From NCBI GenBank assembly GCA_020696385.1, contig JAEHCQ010000001.1:480001-544000 (forward strand): a DNA stretch of 64,000 nucleotides, read 5' to 3'. The notes beneath the pieces are model-generated. The model saw only the letters and a program-made list of their open reading frames with translations. It was not told where the DNA came from and ran no database searches. Shown here piece by piece: positions 39,640 to 47,916 of the stretch. Position 1 is the stretch's first letter; each line of letters begins with the position of its first letter. The DNA comes from Methanobacteriota archaeon (GTDB lineage Archaea > Thermoplasmatota > Thermoplasmata > SG8-5 > JAGLSY01). A program made the translations under genes and the position numbers.

Positions 39640-42411
39640 ATGACAAATACTTGGCAGAAGGGAAGCGCCCTACTTATGGTAGGCGTGATGATGATCAGTA
39701 CACTGGTAGCATTTATTAGTGCGCCAGTGGTAATAGCAGACACAGAGATCACACAGAACATCGTTGATCTTGACTACAATACTAACTTCATGCTTGAAGA
39801 AGCTGTGTACAACATAGATCCTACAGATAACTCATACTATGAATTGGGTGAAGCTGAGGATCAAGCACAGGACTGGATAGCATCTGCAAACACAGTGGAC
39901 ATAACACTCAACAGACAAATAGGTGGTCTGGGAGATGTTACATTGGAAATAACAAGTTTCACACAGACTGTGTTCGATTTCCAGGATGCTGACGAGGCAA
40001 CACCTGTTCCAGGTAGCATTACCTGGGATGCAAATGCCACAGCAAGCGGAGTATTCAGATTCACATTTGATATTCTGGAAACCGCAGTACTGGGACATTC
40101 AGATTCAACAACAAGGCTCAGCATGAGGGCCAGCAATGTAACAGATTCCAACATTGGAACCTTTTACGTATGGATCCACATAAGCTCCATATTTGATGAC
40201 CCAGCTGGTGCTGTAGCATGGCCTGTTGTCGATGACATGGGCGTAGGTGAAGCAGACATGATGTTCGAGGCTGGCGATGTGTTCGCTCCAGCAAGAGTTC
40301 GATTCACCAACTTCGGTGACGAATCCATCAACAATCTTGAGTGTATCTTGACACCACCAACAGACAGTGGCATAACTGTTAGGAATGACAGAGCTCTTAT
40401 TGTAGAGGACATAGCAACTGGCACAACAGCTGATGCAACATACAGAATAGATGTTGCAAACAACACTGATGCAGGCATATACCCTTGTGAAATAGCTTTA
40501 ACATACACAAGGACAGATGGTGCAGGATTCACAATCACCGAGCCAGTAGACCAAGAGGTCGAACTGCTAGTGAACTACAACTTCTACACCACTGATCCAT
40601 ACCCAGCAACAAACACGGAATCACCATTCCAGTGCTACGCAAGCGAGGTCTCCATAGTCGGTATCGGCAATGATACAAGGCAGGATGTACCACCTTACAT
40701 GGCTACCACAATCGAGCAGAGCGTGGCCAGTGATGAGGAGATAACCTTCCAGGTTGACATAACCAACAACGGTAATGTAGACTTGGAGAGAGTCACCTAC
40801 ATGCTGGACATCGAAGACTCTGGTGCACCTTCAAACTGGGACTATTTTCGTAACCCTCAGATGTACTACACCTCAACAAGCGGCCCTGGTACTGTTACTG
40901 ATGATATCTCTATTATGTTTGATACACACCCAGTTGGAGAAGTACGAAGCTTCTTGATCACAGCATTTGTTGTGAACGACATACCAATAGGTGAGCACAG
41001 GCTTCCAATCATATACGATGGATTCTTCTTTGATGAGGCAGTTCTGGGAACATCAACCGATATGGCACCTATCGCCGGTGGCGATGGTATGACCACAGTC
41101 GGTGATGCAGATGCACTCGAGCTTGTCTTCAGTGTTATCGTCACAGATGTTGTTGAAATCGCATGCCACGTCGATAATATAGTAGCACCTGTAGCAGGCG
41201 CTGGAGCTAAGGCAGATATCACAGCAAACGATATCACCTTGGATCTACACAACGACGAGCAGTACGACTTCATCGATGTTCAGGTTAGAGGTAACTTCAC
41301 TGGCACACCATGGTACAACCCAGTCATAGGAATGGGTAGTCCACTTGTTTGGTCAGAGGAAGCAAACCCAGCAAGCCCACAAGACGTTTGGGGAGCTGGC
41401 GGCTTTATCGGTCTGACATTCACTGTCGACACCGATCCAGACCTGGTTCCAGACAGATACCCATTCTCATTGGAGATCACAGCTGTTATCAACAACACCT
41501 TGGAAGTTGTCGAGATAACCATCGACTACACACTTGGTGCAGTTGTTGACTTCGCAGGATACGGTCCAAGGATCAGCATCGAGGCATTCAGCAACAGCGA
41601 TATCATGCCTGGTGAGGAATTCAACCTCGACATCACCGTTACCAACTACGGCGATGACACACTGAGAGATGGATGGATCATAGTACCAAGTGATGACACC
41701 GTATTCCAGCAATGGGATCCAATCTGTGACTTCATTGGACAGATCCAGAGGGTCAGCGAAAACTTCACTGAGATTGACGACAGATCACTACCAGGTCCAG
41801 GCGACCCATACATTAACCAGTCTGAAGAACTAGTGAACACATGGGAAGGCGCACAGGTCACTCTCGAATCACTTGATATCGACAGTGCAAGGGAAATCAT
41901 TGAGTTGAACCTTTTCATCGATGGTGTCTACTCAAGCCCATCCGCAAGGATAACTGTGATCAGGTTGATCGATCTTGGCCCAGGTGAGAACTTCACAGCC
42001 AACTTCGTCATGTACGCAGACAAGGACATGGTCAACGGTAAGGCATACGTTATACCAGTCACAATGAGAGGAATAGACTCAGAAGATGCTGGAACACAGA
42101 TCATTCAGCAGATATCTGTTATGACCTCATTGCCTGGCGAGACATACGATGCGACAGAAGGCGACTGGTTTGACACAGGAATCAAGGCTCTCGGTCTTGC
42201 TCTCTTCTTTGTCATCATAGTTGCTTTGTTCTTGATGGTATTCAACAAGTACAAAGGCGACTCAGAATACGATGATGACTATGACGACGAGGATGAGTTC
42301 GGATTCGAGGACGATGATGACTACGAACCAATGGGTATGGATGAGGCTCCACCAGTGGAGACCCCAGAAGCACCACCATTGCCTCCAGAAGAGCAGCTCG
42401 TTGAGCCATAA
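39640..42411 (+). CDS. Large S-layer-like surface glycoprotein, paralog of 768-3086
   Basis: Signal peptide, acidic beta-rich body with many N-x-S/T sequons, C-terminal TM, acidic Pro-rich tail; shared motifs with 768-3086. Confidence 0.75.
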   Translation: MTNTWQKGSALLMVGVMMISTLVAFISAPVVIADTEITQNIVDLDYNTNFMLEEAVYNIDPTDNSYYELGEAEDQAQDWIASANTVDITLNRQIGGLGDVTLEITSFTQTVFDFQDADEATPVPGSITWDANATASGVFRFTFDILETAVLGHSDSTTRLSMRASNVTDSNIGTFYVWIHISSIFDDPAGAVAWPVVDDMGVGEADMMFEAGDVFAPARVRFTNFGDESINNLECILTPPTDSGITVRNDRALIVEDIATGTTADATYRIDVANNTDAGIYPCEIALTYTRTDGAGFTITEPVDQEVELLVNYNFYTTDPYPATNTESPFQCYASEVSIVGIGNDTRQDVPPYMATTIEQSVASDEEITFQVDITNNGNVDLERVTYMLDIEDSGAPSNWDYFRNPQMYYTSTSGPGTVTDDISIMFDTHPVGEVRSFLITAFVVNDIPIGEHRLPIIYDGFFFDEAVLGTSTDMAPIAGGDGMTTVGDADALELVFSVIVTDVVEIACHVDNIVAPVAGAGAKADITANDITLDLHNDEQYDFIDVQVRGNFTGTPWYNPVIGMGSPLVWSEEANPASPQDVWGAGGFIGLTFTVDTDPDLVPDRYPFSLEITAVINNTLEVVEITIDYTLGAVVDFAGYGPRISIEAFSNSDIMPGEEFNLDITVTNYGDDTLRDGWIIVPSDDTVFQQWDPICDFIGQIQRVSENFTEIDDRSLPGPGDPYINQSEELVNTWEGAQVTLESLDIDSAREIIELNLFIDGVYSSPSARITVIRLIDLGPGENFTANFVMYADKDMVNGKAYVIPVTMRGIDSEDAGTQIIQQISVMTSLPGETYDATEGDWFDTGIKALGLALFFVIIVALFLMVFNKYKGDSEYDDDYDDEDEFGFEDDDDYEPMGMDEAPPVETPEAPPLPPEEQLVEP

Positions 42412-42439
42412 GCACGTCTGAGATGTGAAATACAATTAA

Positions 42440-42490
42440 TTTGAGCCCTTAACTGGGCTCAAACCCTTTACTTTTTTTCATTTTATTTTT
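42440..42490 (+). terminator. Stem-loop + U-tract terminator
   Basis: TTTGAGCCC/GGGCTCAAA then CCCTTTACTTTTTTT. Confidence 0.75.
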
Positions 42491-42552
42491 CATTAAGCTT
42501 GTGCTAATTTACAATAAATAGATTTTAGTATGCAATGGTATTCACACTCTCA

Positions 42553-43254
42553 ATGGCAAAGAAGAGAAGGAAGCATGAAGAAGAGAAGGAGGAGAAAGAA
42601 TACAAGTCTCCTGACTTCAATGAAAGAGAATTCCTAGAGGACGAGCTTCTCACAGGTAAAGCCACTATCATGGCCGCCCTGATATCATTACCAATAGGCA
42701 TACTCATATACATGATCGCAACACCCATGGGACAAGATAGTGCATGGATCGGCTTTGTGATGGGTATACTCGGTATCGGGTCATTATGGCTGATTCTTCC
42801 ACTCGTAAATGTAGACGTGAAGAAATTAAAACCAAAGCAATGGTTCGGCCCGATCTCGACCTACATATTCACTTTCCTCGCAGTATGGGTGCTTCTTGTC
42901 AATCCACCCTTCGCAGACCATGCTGGCCCACAATTTATCGGCATAGAAGCGGATATTGGTGGAGAATCAATGATGATTCTCGGATCGAACAACACGACCA
43001 ACAAGGTAAGTCTGAATGAGATTCATATCGATGCTGACTCTTTCGTGGTCATCGATGCGACCATCACTGACAATGATCTTATGGGATCGGCGGCCTTGTG
43101 GAAAGGAAATACACCCATTCCCATGGTGCCAGCAGGACCAGATACATACACCTGTGATGTGGGAAATATCACAGGGACAATTGTTCTGACACTTGAGGCT
43201 CGAGATTCAAGTGGGAACAATAGCACCTACGAGATCAAGGTATTTGTTGATTGA
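42553..43254 (+). CDS. Hypothetical membrane protein (3 TM + Ig-like C-terminus)
   Basis: Charged N-terminus KSPDFNEREFL, 3 TM, NPPFAD, beta-rich tail. Confidence 0.7.
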   Translation: MAKKRRKHEEEKEEKEYKSPDFNEREFLEDELLTGKATIMAALISLPIGILIYMIATPMGQDSAWIGFVMGILGIGSLWLILPLVNVDVKKLKPKQWFGPISTYIFTFLAVWVLLVNPPFADHAGPQFIGIEADIGGESMMILGSNNTTNKVSLNEIHIDADSFVVIDATITDNDLMGSAALWKGNTPIPMVPAGPDTYTCDVGNITGTIVLTLEARDSSGNNSTYEIKVFVD

Positions 43255-43267
43255 TCATATTAAAAAA

Positions 43268-44611
43268 CTAACATACTTCCCAGGGCATTCTCTTATCCAG
43301 AAATTTGGAAAGAACATACGGTGATATCTTTTCGATAATCTCTTCATGGCCAATAAAGACCAGATCGTCCTTCAATTTGTTAAGGTTCTTTCCAATGTCC
43401 AGCTTGGGAAGATCCGATATTATGAGTTGAAATGCCCCAGTATATTTTCTTGCAATTATGACCTTCCAATTGCCATCCTCGATATAAGGGCCGGAAATTG
43501 TATTGTCATTCAATTTCCACCGCTGGATGAAGTCATTAGCATTATCATGGATCCACACAGGTGGGCCCATGTGGATCTTGGCCTTGGGAAGCGTAGCAGT
43601 TAACAATTCGATCAATATAGTTACTTTCCCCTCTTCTTCAAGAGAGGCGGAATGCAATGCACTGAAGTCATGGTTCTCCAATAATTGCACCATGCTTCTT
43701 TCGAATTTTCCCAGTTGACCATAGAATATATCGTCTATGATGTTCGGTCTTTCAAATTGAATGGCTATAATATCGGTCCTGTGGATCATTTGTCGCCTTA
43801 TCTCATCAATGGGCAGGGGCTGATAGGGCGCGGGGAAGAAGAAAGCCTCGTGAGGGTTTTTCAGGTATTCTCCGGCCGCATGTACGAACTTCGAGAAGGT
43901 ATCGAGAGAAACGGGAGATGCTACATTTCTCTTTGGATCGACTGGATCAATGAATATCAGGGCATCGGCGAACTTCGTGGAAGGTTTATCTTCAATGAAG
44001 ATCGTTTCATGCCTCCTCCACTTGCTGGCAGCTTTCAAAGAATCCTGGAATGAGCCGTATCTTATGACGAGCAATTCAGATAAATATCCTGAGAAGCCCT
44101 GGGTCTTTATCTCCGCGCCATAGACACCAGTGCCCTTCATGAACTTCTTCATCAACCTGATCTCATCCCTGATCCTTTCATCAGAGTGTTCGATCACGTA
44201 TTTGGTGTGAAATGGCGTGCGATCCACGGAAGTAAGCTTTTGACTGGCATTCATCAATCGATAGGCGGGTACGATATCGGTCTTCAGGCCCAGGAACTCA
44301 CCTTTGATGTATGGATGTTCGGCATAATGCTCCTCACCTCCCACGGCATCCTTACCAATGGATACCCCTATCTTCTCCATACTGGCTCTGTCGACAGATG
44401 GATCAAAGAGTAAGAAGAGATCAATATCCGGATTCTTCAGATGTGTGCCTTTTGCGATCGAGCCGACAAGACATAGTTCGATATCAGCCTCTTTGAAGCC
44501 AGATGTATTCATGACCTCTATTTTCAGAGCATCCACTGCATTGTTAATTTCATTTAGTTCCACCTCAGTGGGTCTTATCTTTGCAAGGATATCTTCCTCA
44601 AAGCTCATCAT
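43268..44611 (-). CDS. cca: CCA-adding enzyme (archaeal class I)
   Basis: VGSIAKGTHL..PDIDLF, YAEHPY, VDRTPFH, GFSGYLSELL, DPVDPKRNVAS. Confidence 0.95.
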   Translation of the reverse strand: MMSFEEDILAKIRPTEVELNEINNAVDALKIEVMNTSGFKEADIELCLVGSIAKGTHLKNPDIDLFLLFDPSVDRASMEKIGVSIGKDAVGGEEHYAEHPYIKGEFLGLKTDIVPAYRLMNASQKLTSVDRTPFHTKYVIEHSDERIRDEIRLMKKFMKGTGVYGAEIKTQGFSGYLSELLVIRYGSFQDSLKAASKWRRHETIFIEDKPSTKFADALIFIDPVDPKRNVASPVSLDTFSKFVHAAGEYLKNPHEAFFFPAPYQPLPIDEIRRQMIHRTDIIAIQFERPNIIDDIFYGQLGKFERSMVQLLENHDFSALHSASLEEEGKVTILIELLTATLPKAKIHMGPPVWIHDNANDFIQRWKLNDNTISGPYIEDGNWKVIIARKYTGAFQLIISDLPKLDIGKNLNKLKDDLVFIGHEEIIEKISPYVLSKFLDKRMPWEVC

Positions 44612-44706
44612 TCTTCGCTAATAGCAAGACGATATTTAACTTATCCTAACATGCCCATACATTACCCAGTAAATTTCTCGTTATGACCCTAAGCAATTGG
44701 GTAATC

Positions 44707-44850
44707 TTTATATGGGGTAAGGATTTGCAGGTGATACGATGCCCGTAGGCACCCTACCTTGACCGAACTACTGTTTGGCTAACTGGGTTAGGTACCTGCA
44801 TTTGGGGGGTATCGATTCCAGAATGTGATGGTTTCCGACACACAAGTTAG
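44707..44850 (+). ncRNA. Candidate structured RNA or long leader upstream of rps19e
   Basis: TATA-like CTTTATAT at 44707, GC-richer non-coding stretch with several stems, second TATA-like element nearer rps19e. Confidence 0.3.
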
Positions 44851-44920
44851 AAAAATATCATATAATTTGGGCATCTTGGCCGAAAACCAAGATGGAAAAA
44901 TTCAATACTGGAGGACAAGT

Positions 44921-45376
44921 ATGACAACCGTATTCGATGTACCAGCAGACAGGTTGATCGAGCTATTGACCGAAGAACTGAAAACCAGGCCAGAGCTTAA
45001 AAAAGCAGACTGGATGGAATATGTCAAGACTGGAAGGCACAGGGAGAAAAGGCCAATGGACCCGGAATGGTGGTATAAGAGACTCGCCGCTATTCTCAGA
45101 AAGGTCTATGTACACGGCCCTGTGGGATCATCCAGACTCAGTGCTTACTTTGGTGGAAGCGCTGACAGGGGTGTGAAACCTAACAAAGCGACAAAGGGCA
45201 GTAGATCAATAGCAAGATATTCCTTAAAACAGCTAGAGCAGGCCGGACTCATCATCACAGATGGACACAAAGGCCGTAGGATCGCACCAGAGGGACAGAG
45301 GCTCCTGGACAATACCGCACACAAGGTATTGAAGGAGATGGTGAAAGACCAGCCAGAGATGGCCAAATATGATTAG
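44921..45376 (+). CDS. rps19e: 30S ribosomal protein S19e
   Basis: MTTVFDVPAD, VKTGRHRE, WWYKRLAAILRKVY. Confidence 0.95.
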   Translation: MTTVFDVPADRLIELLTEELKTRPELKKADWMEYVKTGRHREKRPMDPEWWYKRLAAILRKVYVHGPVGSSRLSAYFGGSADRGVKPNKATKGSRSIARYSLKQLEQAGLIITDGHKGRRIAPEGQRLLDNTAHKVLKEMVKDQPEMAKYD

Positions 45377-45386
45377 GTGAACTGGA

Positions 45387-45722
45387 ATGGGAAGTGACGA
45401 TATAGACCTGGAAGCCATAAGGAAGAAACGATTGGCTGAGATACAGAATCAGCAACAGTCGCAGGTCGAGCAAGAGGCCATGAGAGATAGGGCGGAGCAG
45501 CAAAAACAGGCTGCAATGCGCCAGATCATGACCCCTGAAGCACGTGAAAGGTTAGCAAGGATTAAGATCGCCAAGCCAGAATTCGCGGAGCAGATAGAGG
45601 CACAATTGATAATGCTGGCCCAGAGTGGTCAGCTACAAGGCCAGGTCACGGACCAGATGCTAGTTCAGATACTTGAGAGGATCATGCCCGAAAAGAGGGA
45701 GATCAATATCAAGAGAATATAA
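45387..45722 (+). CDS. PDCD5-like DNA-binding protein
   Basis: [25 protein letters not shown], position in the S19e operon. Confidence 0.92.
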   Translation: MGSDDIDLEAIRKKRLAEIQNQQQSQVEQEAMRDRAEQQKQAAMRQIMTPEARERLARIKIAKPEFAEQIEAQLIMLAQSGQLQGQVTDQMLVQILERIMPEKREINIKRI

Positions 45723-45735
45723 TGCGGGTGATAGA

Positions 45736-45891
45736 ATGGCAACGCACAAACCACTTGGAAGAAAATTAAGATTGATGAAGGCCACGAAGCAGAACAGGCG
45801 AGTACCAGCCTGGGTAATGCAGAGGACCGACAGAAGATTCACGCGCCACCCAAAGCAGAGGCAGTGGCGTAGAAGTAAGTTGAAGAGGTAG
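45736..45891 (+). CDS. rpl39e: 50S ribosomal protein L39e
   Basis: [10 protein letters not shown]...[14 protein letters not shown]. Confidence 0.95.
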   Translation: MATHKPLGRKLRLMKATKQNRRVPAWVMQRTDRRFTRHPKQRQWRRSKLKR

Positions 45892-45923
45892 GGATTTGAA
45901 TGCGAGAACAAGGTGATTGTAAT

Positions 45924-45979
45924 CAGAACTTCGGAAGATCCGAAGTTTTGAATACACGAATGAATTCGCGTATTCAAAA
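45924..45979. repeat. Two overlapping hairpins between rpl39e and rpl31e
   Basis: CAGAACTTCGGA/TCCGAAGTTTTG and TTTTGAATAC/GTATTCAAAA. Confidence 0.7.
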
Positions 45980-46006
45980 TTCCGAAATACATTGGAGGAA
46001 TTAGAA

Positions 46007-46279
46007 ATGGCTGATGATACAGAAGTGATCATGGATGTTCCCCTCAAAGGGATCAAAAGGGTTCCGAGGACAAAGAGAGCACCGCATGCGATCAAATTGA
46101 TAAAGAAGCATGTGGCAAGACACAGAAAGGTTGACATTGAGGATATCTGGATAGATGACGTACTCAATGAACATATCTGGGCCAGGGGAATACAGAAACC
46201 CCCTGTCAGGGTAAGGGTCAAGACCTCCAAATGGGAGGATGGCCGAACTGATGTCATGCTCTATGATGAGGATGAGTGA
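46007..46279 (+). CDS. rpl31e: 50S ribosomal protein L31e
   Basis: VPRTKRAPHAI, LNEHIWARGIQKPP. Confidence 0.95.
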   Translation: MADDTEVIMDVPLKGIKRVPRTKRAPHAIKLIKKHVARHRKVDIEDIWIDDVLNEHIWARGIQKPPVRVRVKTSKWEDGRTDVMLYDEDE

Positions 46280-46281
46280 AC

Positions 46282-46328
46282 TTGAAAGTGCGATTTGATC
46301 ATCTCCATCGATCAAATTGCACTTTCAA
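46282..46328. repeat. 19-bp hairpin between rpl31e and eIF6
   Basis: TTGAAAGTGCGATTTGATC / GATCAAATTGCACTTTCAA, one G-U pair, 9-nt loop. Confidence 0.85.
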
Positions 46329-46349
46329 ATCTTTCCATCGAGGATTAAC

Positions 46350-47015
46350 ATGTTGAAAAAATACCACATGCAGGGAAATTCCTTCATAGGAGTGTTCTCT
46401 GTCGCGAACGAATCCTTTGCTTTCATACCCAATAATTCGGATGTGGATAGCCTTACAGCGATAGCTAAGGATGTCCTCAAAGTAGAGGAGGTCATAAAGA
46501 CCAATATCAATGGTTCGACACTTATCGGATCATTCATGGCTATGAATTCAAATGGAGCATTGGTCTATCCAAATATCCATGGATCGGAGATGGAAGCGAT
46601 CAAGAAAGTTATTCCAGTAACGAAATTAACCGATAGGTTCAATGCCGCAGGTAATAATATAGTGGCTAATGACAACGGAGCACTGGTGCATCCTTCTTTC
46701 AATGACGCGACTTTGGAGAGAATATCCAAGGCCCTTGAGGTTCCTGTAGCAAGAGGAACCATTGCGGGATTCAGAACCGTCGGATCTGCTGGAATGGCGA
46801 CGAACAAAGGTGCGATATGCCACCCGCATGCGACAAAAGAGGAAATGGATATAATGAGAGAGATCCTGGATGTCGAGGTCAGCTACTGCACTGCCAATTA
46901 TGGTTCTGGATTGCTGGGAGCTTGCATGATGGCAAATTCAAAGGGTGCGATAATTGGAGAGGACTCCACACCCATCGAGCTTGGAAAGGTCGAAGAAGGC
47001 CTTAAATTGTATTGA
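46350..47015 (+). CDS. eif6: Translation initiation factor 6 (aIF6)
   Basis: GNSFIGVF, NAAGNNIVANDNGALVHP, TNKGAICHP, TPIELGKVE. Confidence 0.95.
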   Translation: MLKKYHMQGNSFIGVFSVANESFAFIPNNSDVDSLTAIAKDVLKVEEVIKTNINGSTLIGSFMAMNSNGALVYPNIHGSEMEAIKKVIPVTKLTDRFNAAGNNIVANDNGALVHPSFNDATLERISKALEVPVARGTIAGFRTVGSAGMATNKGAICHPHATKEEMDIMREILDVEVSYCTANYGSGLLGACMMANSKGAIIGEDSTPIELGKVEEGLKLY

Positions 47016-47017
47016 GC

Positions 47018-47078
47018 TTTCTAATCGCCTTCGTTCTTTATATCACTAGCGATTAGAAGAGCTAATATGTTTCTATTT
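47018..47078 (+). repeat. Palindromic repeat family B, copy 2 (between convergent eIF6 and MBL gene)
   Basis: TTTCTAATCGCCTTCGTTCTTTATATCACTAGCGATTAGAAGAGCTAATATGTTTCTATT. Confidence 0.8.
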
Positions 47079-47147
47079 TTAATCCTATCAAAGTATTTGC
47101 TACATGGCCTTGAATGGGAACTTTCAGGTCCTTTAGGATCTGATCGT

Positions 47148-47786
47148 TCACAGAGAAAACATCCATATCTCTTGTTCCTCGGGGATATCCTCGCCAGTGA
47201 ACTCGATCTCATTGCCCACCTTGATCAATTCCCGTTCACCAGCTCCCTCCAGGAAACCATCTATCGGAGCTATTGAAAGTGAAAGACCTCCGACACGATA
47301 ATGCATTGGAACTATCACTTTTGGCTTGATGGCATTGATCACATTCCACGCACCTTCGGCATCAAGCGTGAAGGTTCCTCCCACTGGACAGAAGAGCGCA
47401 TCGACATCTCCTATGGCCTTGACGGATTCGTCACTCAAAAGCTCTCCAAGATCCCCAAGATGGCAGAATCTCATGCCATTTATTTCGAATATGAAGATTA
47501 TATTGGAGCCACGCTTTTCTCCCTTCACCTCATCATGGAAGGTATTCACGCCATAGATCTTGATCCCATTCTCATCTCTGAGTTCGGGGGTGGAGATTAT
47601 CTTGACATTGGAGCCTCTCACCAGTCTTCCACAATTATGGTCGAAGTGGTCATGGCTCTGCAATACGATATCGGCAGTGACATCCGGAGGTCTTATGCCT
47701 ATTGATTTCCCATCATGAGCGTCTGTTACAATTGTAGTTCCATTTGATATTTCAAAACATGAATGTCCGTGCCATCTGATCATCAT
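47148..47786 (-). CDS. MBL-fold Zn-dependent hydrolase
   Basis: WHGHSCF, SHDHFDHN, HLGDLG, PVGG, VPMHY. Confidence 0.88.
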   Translation of the reverse strand: MMIRWHGHSCFEISNGTTIVTDAHDGKSIGIRPPDVTADIVLQSHDHFDHNCGRLVRGSNVKIISTPELRDENGIKIYGVNTFHDEVKGEKRGSNIIFIFEINGMRFCHLGDLGELLSDESVKAIGDVDALFCPVGGTFTLDAEGAWNVINAIKPKVIVPMHYRVGGLSLSIAPIDGFLEGAGERELIKVGNEIEFTGEDIPEEQEIWMFSL

Positions 47787-47916
47787 TTTTAATCTCCCCT
47801 ATTTGGTATATGCTAATTGCTATCAATATATTTAATTTTAACTCGGTTTATTCAGTTAACCATGGTTTTTTAGATAAGGAAATAAAGCCAAAATGAAATA
47901 AGATGGGATAAATTGA

